From Felis catus (Eukaryota): a DNA stretch of 64,000 nt. Location of the stretch: the NCBI RefSeq assembly GCF_018350175.1, contig NC_058368.1, forward strand, positions 159,714,001 to 159,778,000. The letters run 5' to 3'. Shown here piece after piece: positions 37,031-51,049 of the stretch. The notes beneath the pieces were generated by a model. That model did not search any database. It was not told the origin of the DNA and was given only the letters and a program-made list of their open reading frames with translations. The number at the start of each line of letters is the position of its first letter. Within the stretch, counting starts at the first letter, position 1. A program made the position numbers and the translations under genes.

Positions 37031-38908
37031 GAAAGAGTTTATGAATCTTCACTTCATCTATGAGAATGTTAACAGCAATTTGGATTATATTGAAAACTTG
37101 GGCAACTGTCAGTACTCAGTTTTGATATAAGGACAGATTTTTCATTTGCTATTAGACTACCAAAGTCCAATAGAGGCATAGAAATGGTACCTACGATTTC
37201 CACAGTAGCCTAGTCTTTCTTTCCTTTATCTACATTTCTAGACCTTTTGTCTTCCCTGATGTGGAGAGAATAGACTGTACTAAATCAACAGTCTCAAAAT
37301 CTCCAAGAACCCTGTGCTAATGCAACCATGATTAGTATTTTAAAACTAATGATGTGGGATGTGGGAAAGGAATTAGAAAAAAGAAATATAAATGTTCTTA
37401 TCAAAACATGGAAGACAGTGGGGAAGATATAACAAAATATATACAAATATAAATTCCCATTCTAGTCAAAAAAACAGCCCTCCTCTTCTGGATCAATATT
37501 CTCTTATCACCCTCATCACTAAAACAACTAAGGAGGATGAGTAAGACCCCACTGCTTTCTAAAGCCTCTAACTTCTCTAGCTTTTAGGATATAATAAGAA
37601 AATCAGACACAGTTAATGCCCAACTATCACTTCACAATTTTCAATCATTAATTATTATTGATCTTTGTCTATGAGAATAATGAAAATTTCATAGATTTTG
37701 TTTTTTCACCCAACTAATTTATATTTTAATTATCTTTTTAATGAACAAGTGAAATGAACATGCATTTTTTTTGCCTATAAGCCAGATAAAATATCCCCAA
37801 TAAGTATTAGAAGTACATACTGTCTGGTCATACAAGACAGTTCTTGCACATAATCAGTATTCAGTAAATATGATGTAATAAATAAGGAAATGGTTTAACA
37901 TTTTACAAGATAAAACTAAGAGTCTAAATATTTTCAGGTAAGCCAGATATACATGTATGTTCCTAATTATTCTGCTAATCAGTAGGACTTGTTCCACACG
38001 TGATTCATCACAAATTGGAGTATATGGGCATGCTTACTCCAGCAAATATTTTTTGAAATTCTTTGTTAATTTTCAGAACAATAATTCTGTACCATGTTGA
38101 CCAAAGTTACAAAAACAGTTTACACACACAAATAAAATAAACTAAGTCTATCTACATATAGTGAAGCAGCATTTTCTATAGTACGCTCTAAAAAAGGTGA
38201 GCCATTTCATACTTCGATAGATCTGTGCAGAAAGTATAATGAGAAAAACTTACCAAAATCCCTTCAAGTTACCATCTTTCCAGGGAACTAAACTGATTTA
38301 AGTACACTTGTCTTTGCAGTTTTCAGTGCTCTCCTTTCTTGGGACTTTCACTCATGGGAGATTTTCAAAATTATGTTTTGTTTCAGAATTTATCACTGCT
38401 GTGAATTAAAATATCAGGGAAAAACAAACAGGCCAAAGTGCACAGGTGTTAACAAGTTGTTGCTCAGGCTCAGCACCAGATAGATGACTGGCAGTAATTA
38501 GCTGCAGTTCACAATTCTAAGATATAAAAATTGCCTCAAAGGATTAGGTGAAGCTTGACATGGAAGGACTTCTTAAAATTACATGGAACAGAGGGCCTGC
38601 GAGAAAGCTTTCCTTTGTAATTTAACAGGAAAAACCTGAGAGTAAGATATCTATATACCCTTTGCAAGGCTTTTGGAAGTATTTTAGCTAGTTGATAATA
38701 CTTTGATCTGGGCAATATTAACTGCTAATAAGTTTATGAGGAAAAAAGCTTCCTAAGGACTTTGTTTTATCGGATAAAATGACATTTGAAAAGCTGAGTC
38801 AAAGCTCAAGGGAAAAGAAAAGTAAACTTCAGAATGCTGTTGTATTTTCTCCTAAAATAGGTGGGCATACCCAGTCATGAACCATGAACTACATTGTCAT
38901 TCAAGTTA

Positions 38909-40240
38909 CTTTTTTTTTCAAGATGTTTATCTTGAAATATTCTCAAGCTTACATAAAAGCTGCAAATAATCACTAAGAACTTTTCCAGAGCCATCGAAGA
39001 GTAAGATACTCCAGTGGGTAGTGCCCACTAGGAAAGACATTTTTCCACTAGATAATCACAATATAACCACCAAACTTGGGAAATTACATGGATATACCAC
39101 TGCCATCTCATCCTCATAACCTATTCATGTTTTTCCAATTGTCTCAATATCTTATATATTAAAAAAATCACACATCATATTTACTTACGTTATTTCAATG
39201 TCTTTCAGTCTGGAACCATTCCTCAGTCTCACTTTGGGCTTCATGATCTTGACGGCTTTGAAGATTATGGGCCAGTTATTTTACCAAAAGTCCCTTAACT
39301 GGAAATTTTTGAAGATTTCTCCTCATGATTACATTAGATTATGCATCTTTGGCAGGATATCACAAAAATGAGGCTGTAACTCCTTTTTCCTTTGAAATTA
39401 GTAATTAATTTTGTGAGAAACTTCTTTTAAGCTATGTGAAAATCACATTTCTCATCATATTTTCAATGTATTCATTTATTTATTTATGCATTCTAATTAT
39501 TATCTGTGTTGATGTTCAATTTATCCCAAATTTAGTGAGTGTCAACCTCTTTCAGCTGCATTCTCCATCCTCTGATATGCCCGTCATTCTTTGAGCATGT
39601 CCTTAGTTTATGGCATAACATCCATGCCCAACATCATCTGTTATTCCCCCCCACCCCATTCAAGACCTGAAATTAATGATTTCTACCTTTCATGTCATTC
39701 CTTGAAATAATTGGTATTTAGAAATCAAGGTCTGGACATTAGATGTGCCCACTGTCCATTAGGGACTTGCTGCTCCCAAATCCACTTTGTGGACAAATCT
39801 AGGGAATACGTGCATGCGTGCATGAATGTGCATTCACTTACAGTGATGTTTATTTCCATATCTGTCTACATACTGAATGCCATGCATTAAATGTTTTTTT
39901 TCACACCTATTCCAATCGAACGCCATAAGGTTCATTCTAGTTTCTTCCCATTTTGTATTTGTAACTCCCTCCTCTCGCAGCAAGAAACTTGGTTTGTGTT
40001 AACCTTAACATACATATTCGTTTGATCAATTGCCCCACAATTAACCAGTTGCTCATCACCACTGTGGTCTCCTCCCTTGCATGGGAGTTCTCCTCACCCC
40101 TTTTGGGCTTCACGACCTACTCTGAGCTGCCACCTCATATAGACATCCTCCTACTTGTGGTCAGCCTCAACCACGGTGTGAAGCTCACCCGTGCATACAT
40201 GTCCTTCCCACCAGGCTCAGGCTCTGATCCCATACACACA
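38909..40240 (-). mobile_element. L1MC-type 3' fragment
   Basis: T tail 'tttatcttgaaatattctcaagcttacataaaagctgcaaa'; 'ttgaagattatgggccagttatttt'; 'agattatgcatctttggcagga'; 'ggtatttagaaatcaaggtctgg'. Confidence 0.75.
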
Positions 40241-42569
40241 AAATATTTCATGGTATATGAAGCCTTTTTCCAAGGAAATATCATCACCATATTAGGATAA
40301 GTAAAAGAATCTTCATGATGATCGGGAGATATTTTGTGGACAATTTACCCCAATTTTTTTTGTCTGTGAAGCATTTATTAGCAAACCTAGACCAATTTGT
40401 CCCTATGGACATTTGTGGCGAAGAGAAAATGATGCAGGGAAAGAGAGCAAAAAGAAGGATAGGGGATGAAAACAATGGTGGACACTAACGTTGTCATGAA
40501 GTCAAATTAAACTTTAATAGTGAAAGCTATATTAATTCATAACTTCCCAGTGGCCCTTCACTAAAAGATCCAAGGAACAAATGATGTTTTCTCAACTCTT
40601 TTTTATTCATGACAAATAGAAAAATCTTTTCTGATTTTGGAAAACCTAGTTTTCGTTAATCACTTTTAAGTATTTTTAAAGCATGAGCAGGAATTGGTTG
40701 TGTTTTTGTTTCTGTTTTTGTTTTTTCACTAAACAGAGTTGATTGTTCTGGATAATCTCTCTCAGCACATACTACAGTCCTGCCAGAGATGTGGTCTCCT
40801 TGTAATGTTTCCTACCTTTGAGCTAGCTCTGAGTCTATTTTTCTCCATATAACCTCTCCTCAGCCCCTGTAAAATAAAGAAATACAGTAATAAGGCGCAT
40901 ACAAAACCCTTTGATTTGCTGAATCCTGTTTCTGAAATTTAGTACTTTGTCATGCATACCACTGAGATTTTTTCGCCATTTTAAAGTGTAAAACTGAAGT
41001 AATTTATTTGGTAACTTAAATGATTAAACAGCCTCTGCAGGTAAATTAACTTTTGTCAAATAATAGAAAATAACTTCATGTTTTTAATCTTGGAGTTATT
41101 TTCCCCAGAATATATGTCTCCTCTGTGTCTCTCATCTTCCAAATCTAATCTGTTCCTTAGGTCCAGGTCAACGTGTGTTTTAAATATCTCTTGAATATGT
41201 CCCATCCTATCTATCCTGGCTTAACTTGGGCTGTGTTTGGAAGTTTTCTGACTTTCGAAAAAGCAAAAATAGTTATCAATCCCCTTTCCTCTGACTTGCT
41301 ACAGTAAGAATGGAAACAGTAGAGAGCTCTAATTGAATGGACAGACATACAGAGCTATAGAACTATGACATAAAGAGGGAAGCTCTTTTCTGGGTAATAA
41401 GAAACTTGAGGCAGATATTTATAAATTACGTTGGGGGCTAGTAACACCCTGGAAATATAGCTGATAAAACTGTTCTTAGCAAAATCAAATTTATGTGATC
41501 TCAAGTTCTAGAACTTCTATAAAAGACATCAATATAAATAAGCAGTTATTTCAGAGAGCACCAACCTGGAACCTTCACAATAGCTAAAAAACACAGTGTT
41601 TAAAACCAACTGTATAAAAAATTAGAGCAGAGGAGAGACATTTTCCTTGATCATACCTAGGTTAAGCTTTTGCCAATTCTCTAGCAAAATAAACTAAAAA
41701 TTAATACTAGCTTCATATGTACTATATGTGTATATATGTCACATGTATTATATACATACATGTACTGTATATAGTTGGATTATACAATAAACTTCATATA
41801 TTTCTCATTCCACAATATTTTTAATTACTTTTAATTAATCTGTTGCATTCATAAATTACGTATAATAAAGTCATTTTAGTAATTGTTTTAGGTAGATGAT
41901 TAGAACAAGTAGACCTCACATGGAAATTATGGGAAAAATTCTGGGGCCCAGAGTGAACAGACAAGATAAGCTGGTTTCTTACTGAAGTAGGCACCACACA
42001 CTCTCTGTGAAGAATTCATTCAAATATCTGTGCCTCTGCACATACTATACCTTATGCCAGGAAAATTTTACCTACTCATAAAGGCCACATTCAAAAGTCA
42101 TATCATCTTTCACTCCTTCCTAAACAACCCAATCTAGTTTCCTTTTTTTTTACTCTCCTCTCCTCCCATTGTCCTTTGTACATTTCTCTGTAGTACACAG
42201 AGAAATGGTCTGTGGTCACAATGTACTATTAATACTCGTTTAGGTAAGATAGGGAGGATTTTGAGAAATTTTATGGATATTATTAGCTATTAGGTCTTAG
42301 AGTAAGTAAACTTGACTCTATATTTCCTTCTGGTAAATAAGACTTTCTCCTCAAAAAATCGTCTCTTCCATGTCAAGAGTGGTTAGGTTTTTAGAAGAGA
42401 TGCAATCCACAGAATGTATGGAATTTGCCCTAAAAAACAGATGGGCAGAATGTAAAACTAACAGCAAAGTAGAGTACAACCTAAATCTATGAACATTTTT
42501 TAAAGAATACGCCCCTAATAAGCTCTTTAGTTAAAAAGGAAATTGTATTAGCTTATGTACTTTCATAGT

Positions 42570-43065
42570 CTCTCTGCACCCTCTCTTACTGCAGCTGTAC
42601 CTGTGATAATCTGTGTCACAGAAGCTTTGAGTATAGTTATGTATAAGCACTTGGGAGCACCCTGACCTTGGGTCATGAACTATTCATTTCTCTTCCTGCC
42701 CTGGGACTTCTCTATATTTTGGCACAGGACACACATGGGGACCTCTTCTATACTTGGGTATGTTCGTTCTTGAAGTGCAAGGGACTTAAGACCCATAGAA
42801 CTACCCTTGGACTATTGAAGATTGGGAGCTAATAGGTGAGCATATCCCCATTTTATCTCCAGGTGGGCAATTCTAAAACGTATTTCAAAATACCCCTCCA
42901 AAGTTCCCATGAGATTGAGCCTTTTGCCTGTCTTGATGATGCAACCTGATCTTGACATTTCTTTCTTCCCTATTCATTCCCACTGCCCCACACACCTGAT
43001 ACCTACAGTCACATTCCCGAACTATTTTGTCTCAGGCACCACTTTCAAGGAAATCCAGACTGAAA
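42570..43065 (+). mobile_element. LTR16-type ERVL solo LTR
   Basis: 'ggtgggcaattct...aagttcccatgagattgagcc...ttgtctcaggcaccactttcaaggaaatccagact' resembles LTR16. Confidence 0.6.
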
Positions 43066-43084
43066 TGTAAATCAAAACTGCAAT

Positions 43085-43680
43085 TAGCATCTATTTAGAA
43101 ATGAATATAAATAAGAACACTATATATCAAAAATGGTAGGAGATGGACAAAAAAGAACTCAGAAGAAAATCTGTAGCCTTAAGTACATATGTGAGGTAAC
43201 AATAGAGAATGAAAATAAATTAAGCTTTTATTTCAAAAAGCTAGAGAAGGGGGACGCCTGGGTGGCTCCGTCAGTTGAGCGTCTGATTTCGTCTGGGGTC
43301 ATGATCTCGCGGTTTGTGGGTTTGAGCCCCAAGTCGGGCTCTGTGCTGGCAGCTCAGAGCCTGGAACCTGCTTCAGATTCTGTGTCTCCTTCTCTCTCTG
43401 TCCATCCCCTGCTGTGCTCTGTCTCTCTCTGTCTCTCAAAAATAAGTAAATAAATGTAAAAAAAATTTTTTTAAAGCTACAGAAGGAACAACCAAGTAAA
43501 CCCAAAGAAAGTGCCAAAAAAGAGATTTAATAAAGATCAAATCAAAAATTAATGAAAAAGAAAACGTAAGTGTAGACATAACCAAAATAGTCTTAAATTA
43601 GTAGCAAAAATCAGGAATCTAAAGCTAGCCCTTTGAAAAGACCAATAACCTAAAGAAACTTCTGACAAGTGTAATTAAGT
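43085..43680 (+). mobile_element. Old L1 ORF2 internal fragment, interrupted by a SINE
   Basis: Decayed NTIYQK...FYFKKLEK...EQPSKPKES and 'tttgaaaagaccaataac' correspond to the post-endonuclease region of ORF2. Confidence 0.75.
43251..43472 (+). mobile_element. CAN-SINE
   Basis: TSD aaagctagagaagg (43237-43250) and aaagctacagaagg (43473-43486). Confidence 0.96.
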
Positions 43681-44309
43681 CTAATCAAGCTCATTTAATG
43701 ATTAAAGCTAAGAACTAAATGGATTTCCAATGTTTTTAATACATTCACTCTCCTAGAAAAAGAAGCAAAGGTATACCTGTCCCCATTACCCACCTAGGCT
43801 CAAAAGAATACTGGTATTGAAAAGACGTGTATGTTACTTATGCTTTTGTCATATCCTAAGCCTGAAAAAGTAAAAATACCTGAACACTTATTTGGAATCC
43901 TATCTTTCATCTTCATGTTAAATACATCTGTGAAAATTGTTTCCTGGAAAAAATCCATTTTTTGAGTTTTAAGGTTAAGTGATAAATTATTTTTCTCTCT
44001 TCCCTTAGTAAAGTGAAATGTTTTTCTCTATTTCAGCAAATGGCACTGAATATTGACAAGTGGGGCAAAGACCCAATTACTATCTCTTGACCATGTTCCT
44101 ACCAGGTGAAGGACAAAATGAACAACAAACAAAACAAACAGAACAAAAACAAATGACATTCAATCAAATAGTACTTTCTCATTCTCACTGAAATATCAAA
44201 ATTCAAGTAATTCAACAGTATATAGGAAAACATCATTTTGAATTTATCAGTTAATATTTAGTGGGCACTCATTTGGCACTGTGGTAAATTTTATAGATGC
44301 ATGTATAGT

Positions 44310-44440
44310 AAAAGCTTTAAATTAAGAAAGACCTAGAATTAAAATATGGCTCCCACTTGCTGTGGTGTGACACTGGGCAAGTCAATTAATTTCTCATGGT
44401 CTCAATTTCCTCATTATAAAATAACAATAATAATAATAAA
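44310..44440 (+). mobile_element. MIR 5' half; the 3' half lies at about 46118-46250
   Basis: 'ggtgtgacactgggcaagtcaattaatttctc...tctcaatttcctcattataaaat' continues as 'gggataaatagtacctacttcacagagtttttgtgag...gagataatgc'. Confidence 0.75.
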
Positions 44441-44574
44441 GAATTATACTTTCTATACAGATAATACCTATAGGTACTGGAAAAAAAATACAGAAGACAA
44501 CTACTTGAAGGCTTTAGGGATTTTGGAGAAAAGTTGAAATTTTAAGTAAATAACCAGCATGTAGTAAGTTTCTG

Positions 44575-46110
44575 ATTTTTATTGCTATCCATAAAAAATC
44601 CAAAGGAATCAGCAAAACAACTAATAGAACTAGCAAGTGAATTTTTCAAAGCCATAAGATATAAGGTTAATATACAAAAATCAATTATATCAGCAGACAA
44701 TTAAGATATAAGATTAAAATATTTCTATTTACAACATCAAAAAAATAGTTAAGAATAAATATTATAAAAAATTGTAAAAAAATTAACAAATGGTGGTTTA
44801 ATAAATCTAACCCAAGACCTCTACACTAAAAAGTATAAAATATTTCTGGGAGAAATTAAAACCTAAATAAATTTAAAATTACATGAATTCATGGATTAAA
44901 AGACTCGATATTGTTAAGATATCAGTTGTCCCTTAAACCGATCTATAGATTCTATGCCATCCCGATCAGAAATCCCAGGAGGCTCTTTGTAGAAATGGTC
45001 AAGTTGTTTTTAAAATTTATACGGAAATACAAAGAATCTAAAACAGCTGGTCATTTTTTTTAAAAAGGATAACTCAAAGGATAACTCCAACTCCATTGGA
45101 AGACTCATTTTACCAGATTTCAGTGCTTTCTATAAAACTACAATAATCAAGACACAGTGGTATTGGTGAATGAGTAGACCTATAAATCAGTGGAACAGAA
45201 GAGGACTCAGAAATAGACTCATGATCAATATTTTGACAAGGGTACCAGGGTAATTCAACAACAAAGAAACTCTTTCAACAAACTGGTACTGGAACAACTG
45301 GGTATCTATGTGGGAAAAAATAGACATCACACCCTACCAAAAATTAACCATAAAAGAATCATGGACTTCAATGTCAAACTAAAAAGTATCAAACTTCTAG
45401 AAGAAACCAAAGAGAAAAGTCTTTGTAACTTGAAAATATGCAAAGATGTGCTAAATACCCCACACAAATAATTGATAAAAAATTGATAAATTATACTTCA
45501 TCAAAATTAAACATTTTTGCTCTCTGAAAATCACTGTTAAACCAAAATTCAAGGCAGAGACTGAAAGAAAATATTTACAATACATTTGCATGATAAAGGA
45601 TTTATATCCAGAACATATAAGGAACACCTATAACTCTATGTAAGAAGACAGATGGCCCAATAAAAACTGATCAAAAGTCAAACAGTGGGGGGGGAAAATG
45701 GCCATCGACAAGTGAATGGATAAACAAAACACAACATTTGTACACATCAATAACTAATTGATTGACTAATTAACTCCTGTTACACACAACTGTATGTATA
45801 AATCGCAAAATCATTATGTTGACTGAAAGAAGCCAGACCCATACAGTATGATTCCTTTTATATAAAATTTATATAAAATTCTAGAAAATGGAAACCAATC
45901 TCTAGTAACAGAAAGCAAAGCAGTGGTTGTCTTGGACTAAGGGAAGAAGGAAGAATGAACAGCAAAGGGACACAGACATTTTTACAAGTGACAGAATTGT
46001 TCAGTATCAGGATTATGGTGTGGTTTCACAAGAATATAGAGCTCTCAAAACTCACTAAATTTATTGCACCTAAATTATACCTCATGAAAATTTATTTTTA
46101 GAAATAAATA
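44575..46110 (+). mobile_element. Old L1 (L1MC/MD-type) ORF2 RT-to-3' fragment inserted in the MIR
   Basis: NPKESAKQLIELASEFFKAIRYKVNIQKS, IYRFYAIPIR and YKTTIIKTQWYW motifs; 3' end 'aaattatacctc'. Confidence 0.88.
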
Positions 46111-48361
46111 AATAACATAAAGTTGGGATAAATAGTACCTACTTCACAGAGTTTTTGTGAGTAATATGTGAGATAATGCACTTAATGCATTTATTATAAT
46201 GACTAGCACATAATAAATATTTAATGTTTGCTATTTTTATCATTATTATTGATAAGACTAAGATTAATCAATAGGTCTGTTGTATGTAATGAGAAACTGA
46301 ATAGGTTCCCATCTCTCTTTGATGATGGTACTGATTTGCATATTAATTGAGCCTCCTTACAATTTTCTATTTAGTTTCAAAAATGAGGTCTTGAGCTAAA
46401 ATGGCATCAGAAAGTTGGTTCTTCTGTTTCAGCTGCATTCGTGGAGTCTGTGTCCTGGTTAGTTGCAGTCCATTTTGCCAACCCCACCCACATTATTCTT
46501 TTGTTTAGTTGTGAGGTTTTTTTTCCATTTCAGAGGCAGGTAACCTATGGGTGCTAGTGTCTTTACCTTCAAAGAAAAGTATGTGTGGATCTTATTCTGG
46601 CATTTTTAGATTCTTGTCACTTGCTAAGAAAGGCAAAATAATGCCAGGGATTCTCCCACCAGAATTTAACTAAGAACAGGAGAAAAAGTGCTCTATATTT
46701 TACATTGTATCATCTCTAAACCTTCTTGATAACCCGCTAATAGAGCATGAACACAGATGCTGCATGTGAGAATAATCTTGATACACTTCTTTGATTCCAA
46801 GCTTAAGTAATCAGGAGATATGATAGAGATGCTCACAGAACCATACAAATATACCTGGATTTTAAAGCTCTTGAACATTACAACCAGGCCCTGAAAAGCT
46901 AAAGATTAAAAATCTTAGGAAGTAGTTAATAACCTAATTAAGAACAATACATTTCGTAGATCTTTATTCAAGATGAAACAGTTATTTGTTGTTTGTTTCT
47001 TCTTCTTCTTGGTGTTACATAGATTTTAAGTCTATTTATTTGCTTATGTGTTTGAATAATTCAAATTTAACAGGCTTTAGGACTTATGGCTCCTTGAGTA
47101 TTCCTGGAGAAAAATATTTAATAAAGATCCAAAAGGAGCTGTAGCCAGTGGCTCTCCTACTGGACCTAAAAATCCACAAGAATACTCAAGACACTTTCTG
47201 GACAGTTTTCTTAGCCCAGTTTGCAAAATATCATAAATAAATTATAGAGCAACAAATGCTTTGAACATAGACAAAAGCCTTGAGCACGGGACTCATGGGA
47301 ATATTTAAGAACCGAGTGCAAAGGTACAGTGTGTATGAGTGAACATATGCTTAAAGTATACTTGTGTGTAGGTGAACATTTGTTACTCGGATATCTGTGG
47401 TTGACTGAATTTGGGAAGGAAGTTTGGAGAGGGTGAAAGAGGAACATCTAGAATCTGGAGAAAACAGAAACTTTTGGACTTCCCTGCAAGCTTCACTGAT
47501 TTTTCTCCTGCTCGGGCATTTCTTTCAGAATAAGATATTGCTCAGGGATGGCCTGTTTGTCTAATAAAGAGTACAGTGGGTCCTGTGCCTTCTTTTAGGG
47601 TATGATTAATCTGTTTGCTTTTTGTAGACTTTCAGTCTGGAATCCATTCAAGGTATTTACATAATTAACAAGTACTTCATCTGATGTATGAGGACCCATA
47701 AAAACCAAGAACTATTGCTATCCTGGGTTAGCATTACCAGAGCCATGAATGTCTTCCAGAATGATGTCTGTGCTAAAAGTCAGGAAAACATTCCTGGATG
47801 TGATAGTCATTAGGCTGTAGACTCTCCCGAAAGGAAAGCCTAAGAAATTTTGCCGATTGACTCATTTAAAACCAGACTGCAACTGGCTCTGGGGGCCATT
47901 GGCACAGTCAGAAAGGGGCTGGCCAAACCCAACCAAATGGGCCTCTTCTTCTCCAATTCCTGTATTCTTTCTGGAACTGTGTTCTTATTATTATTAAGCT
48001 GAAAACTACTAGTAACTACAGAAAAACCTATATGATTTGATATCTAGAGCCCTTATTTTCTTGTTGATGTAAATGTTTCTCTACTCTGGAAGTCCCTCAT
48101 TTGTATAGGGACAAAAGCTTTTAGCCAAAATTGAAAAATGTGGGCTGACATTATTTCTAACTATGAGACCAACTGCTTGAAATCCAGGCATTATGGTCAT
48201 CATAGCTACTAAATCTGGCTACACAGAACAAAGTCAAAGAAAAACAGCAAAATAAATCTGGATATCACCAAGTCTGTGTAAGAATAGTCCAGTACTCACT
48301 CATTATTATTCCTCAGGCTTCTTCCATGATCACTTCAATTATTTTAGACCCAACAGTCTAA

Positions 48362-48730
48362 TGTGATATAGTGATATATAATAAGAAATAAATATTTGGT
48401 CTTATCCCCTATTCCTGGCTTATGTCTCCTAAAACCCTTGTTAATTTCCTGAATGGTAGGAATAATAGGATCACCTTTTGTTATAATTCATTTATAGCTA
48501 GTTGCTCAGAAATCCTAGTGACCCAGACTTGCAACTGGTATCTGAAGAGTAGGCAATCTTACATGACTGAGCCCGTAACCTGTGGGGTTTGCACTGACTC
48601 CTGAATAGTGTCAGAACTGCTTTTGTAAGACACCAAGTTAGTACCTAAAGAGTTGGAGAACTGGCCAGTGTGGGGGAAAAAATAAAACCACACATTTGGT
48701 GTCAGAAGTGTTTTGTGTAAGAAATAGAGA
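48362..48730 (+). mobile_element. MER21-like ERVL LTR (internally deleted)
   Basis: TG start; 'gacttgcaactggtatctgaag...gactgagcccgtaacctgtgggg...atagtgtcagaa...acacatttggtgtcagaagt'. Confidence 0.65.
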
Positions 48731-48994
48731 CTAGTATCCACCTAAACTGAGCCTTGGACCCCTCAGTAATTATTAGAAGCAACAAAAATGGGGACAGGAA
48801 GAAAGATTCACAGAAGCAGGCACATGGACAACAGAGAAAAGTGACTCATCACAGATTGATATGGGAAGGGTATGAGAATTCTCAAAAACTCCAAAAGCTT
48901 ATGGTCTTTTCATTGCATTTAAATGATGTCTAATGTAGTTAGAGGTTGGGGGTGGGGGAATACTAGACACAAAAATCCTGGGGTCTCCTAGAAT

Positions 48995-49215
48995 GCAGTA
49001 TAGCATTGTCATTAATTGCACAAACTCTGAGATACATGGCCTGGGTTTGACTTCTGGTGCCTCAGGTCTCAGTTTTCTCAAATGTAAAATGGGGCATAAG
49101 TGCCATATCTACTTCATAAGATTATTGTAATAGGTCTATGATTTAATAGACGTAACATGCTTTGAACAGTGCCTAGCACATTATAGGCAATATGAAAAGG
49201 TTAGCTATGATGATT
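48995..49215 (+). mobile_element. MIR
   Basis: 'ctcagttttctcaaatgtaaaatggggcataa...cttcataagattattgt...aacagtgcctagcaca'. Confidence 0.8.
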
Positions 49216-49662
49216 ATGTTTGTATATTTAAACTGAAGAGACTGGATCATAATAATACTTATACTATAATATCGCAGAGCACTTCAGAAGATCCCTGAGA
49301 AGTAAGTAGGACAGACATCATTGTTACAAACTCCCCCTCATTTTACAGATTAAAGAAAGCAAAGTTCATACCTTAATTAGCATCTTCTCTAAGTCATGAA
49401 AACAAAGTAATGTGGTGTGATTTTAGAATGGTGAAGTTAGATGGTTCTTAATCCATTTTAAAAGTAATCTAACTAAGAGATTTTTTGTTACTGTTATTTA
49501 CAGGAATAAGATGGACATATCTGAAAAAAGTCGTATATGTAGATTTTATCACCTAATGATACCAGATAAAAGGGGTGGCTCATATAGGACACATATACTT
49601 TATACCTTATTCTGGATGACATTGTTTTATTTTCTGAACTCTAAAAGCAAAAACAAAACCAT

Positions 49663-49884
49663 GGGGCACCTGAGGGGCTCAGTTGGTTAACTGCCCGACT
49701 TCAGCTCAGGTCAGGATCTCACAGCTTGTGGGTTCGAGCCCTGCATCCGGCTCTGGGCTGACAGCTCGGAGCCTGGAGCCTGCTTCAGATTCTGTGTCTT
49801 CGCCTCTCTCTGCCCCTTCCCTGCTCGTGCTCTGTCTGTGTCTTTCTCTCTCAAAAATGAACATTAAAAAACAACAACAACAAA
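49663..49884 (+). mobile_element. CAN-SINE with (CAA)n tail
   Basis: ggggcacctgaggggctcagttggttaa head, gggttcgagccc B box. Confidence 0.95.
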
Positions 49885-50454
49885 TCTACTTTTCTATCAC
49901 CTATCTTACACAAAGATAGTTCCTCCAAAAACTCAAACAGAATTTTGAACTCAAAGATAACCCACTGTGGGAGCAACTAAGAGATGATCGTTGGCTTGAT
50001 TATTTAAACAAAGCACTCAAAGAAAATTGAGAAACACCAAGAATCTATACTGGAACTTACCTTCTACTCTTCACTGAAATTAATCTTCTCAATTATGTCA
50101 TATGTATAGATTTGTCACAGATTTGTCATAACTGTGAAACATAATTTCTAATAAATGGCAATATCAATTACATTCTAAGTTAACTGTCATTAACGGCCAC
50201 ACAGGAATCCTATAAACAAATTTCATGGGACATCTTTTAGATGGTATCTAATGGTTAAATACATGTACTAGGAGATGAGTTCAAGTCCTAAATATATCAT
50301 CTCCTAGCTGTGTGATATTCAGTGAAATCTTTAGACTCCCTAAGCACCAGTTATTCCATTTGATTAACAAGGAGGCTTTGAAGCCCACAGAGGTTAAGTA
50401 ACATATTCGAGGTTACATAGTTAGGAAGTGGTGGATGTAGTAAAATGCAGCCAA

Positions 50455-50625
50455 TAATAATTGCTAACATTTATTAAGAACTATCCATATTCCAAGCATT
50501 GTGCTAAGCACTTTACCTACATGACAACCTTATCCTTCAGAATAGCCTATGAAGTAGATCATTACTGATCTTCCCATTTCATAGGTAAGAAACGTGGAGA
50601 AGTTGAATTTTCCCAAGGCATTATA
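50455..50625 (-). mobile_element. MIR (further MIR pieces at about 49280-49400, 50260-50440 and 50720-51095)
   Basis: 'gctaacatttattaagaacta...gcattgtgctaagcacttta...cccatttcataggtaagaaac'. Confidence 0.75.
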
Positions 50626-50841
50626 TTAGCAATTGCAAACATTGTAATAATAGAATGGAACTTCGCAATTTAGTAAGCTTCCAAATAATGTTCATTACCA
50701 TTACAATTATTAGTACTATTGGGCCACCACATGCCATCCACATTACTCTGGACAAGTAACATAATATTTCTGGTTCTTATCTATATGAAATTTGAACAAT
50801 AATAATGTCTGGCACACCTATCTTTCAGGCTGTCATGATTT

Positions 50842-51049
50842 TTTTTAACGTTTATTTATTTTTGAGACAGAGAGAGACAGAGCATGAACGGGGGAAGGGC
50901 AGAGAAAGAGGGAGACACAGAATCAGAAGCAGGCTCCAGGCTCTGAGCCATTAGCCCAGAGCCCCACGCGGGGCTCGAACTCACGGACTGCGAGATCATG
51001 ACCCAGACTGAAGTCGGACGCTTAACCAACTGAACCACCCAGGCGCCCC
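50842..51049 (-). mobile_element. Feliform CAN-SINE
   Basis: Perfect TSD aggctgtcatgattt at 50827-50841 and 51051-51065; CpGs retained. Confidence 0.97.

Noticed and set aside
37928..37943. attttcag|gtaagc as a recursive splice site
   Set aside because: The polypyrimidine tract is too short and the transcribed strand is unknown.
25291..50080. 11-13 nt minus-strand microexon-like AG...GTAAG pairs (near 25291, 32782 and 50061)
   Set aside because: Lengths are not multiples of three and such pairs arise by chance; there is no supporting evidence.
17435..51038. Recurrent similar ORFs (...AQVMISRSVSSSPASGS...LEPASDSVSPSLS...)
   Set aside because: All fall within CAN-SINE copies; this is not a gene family.
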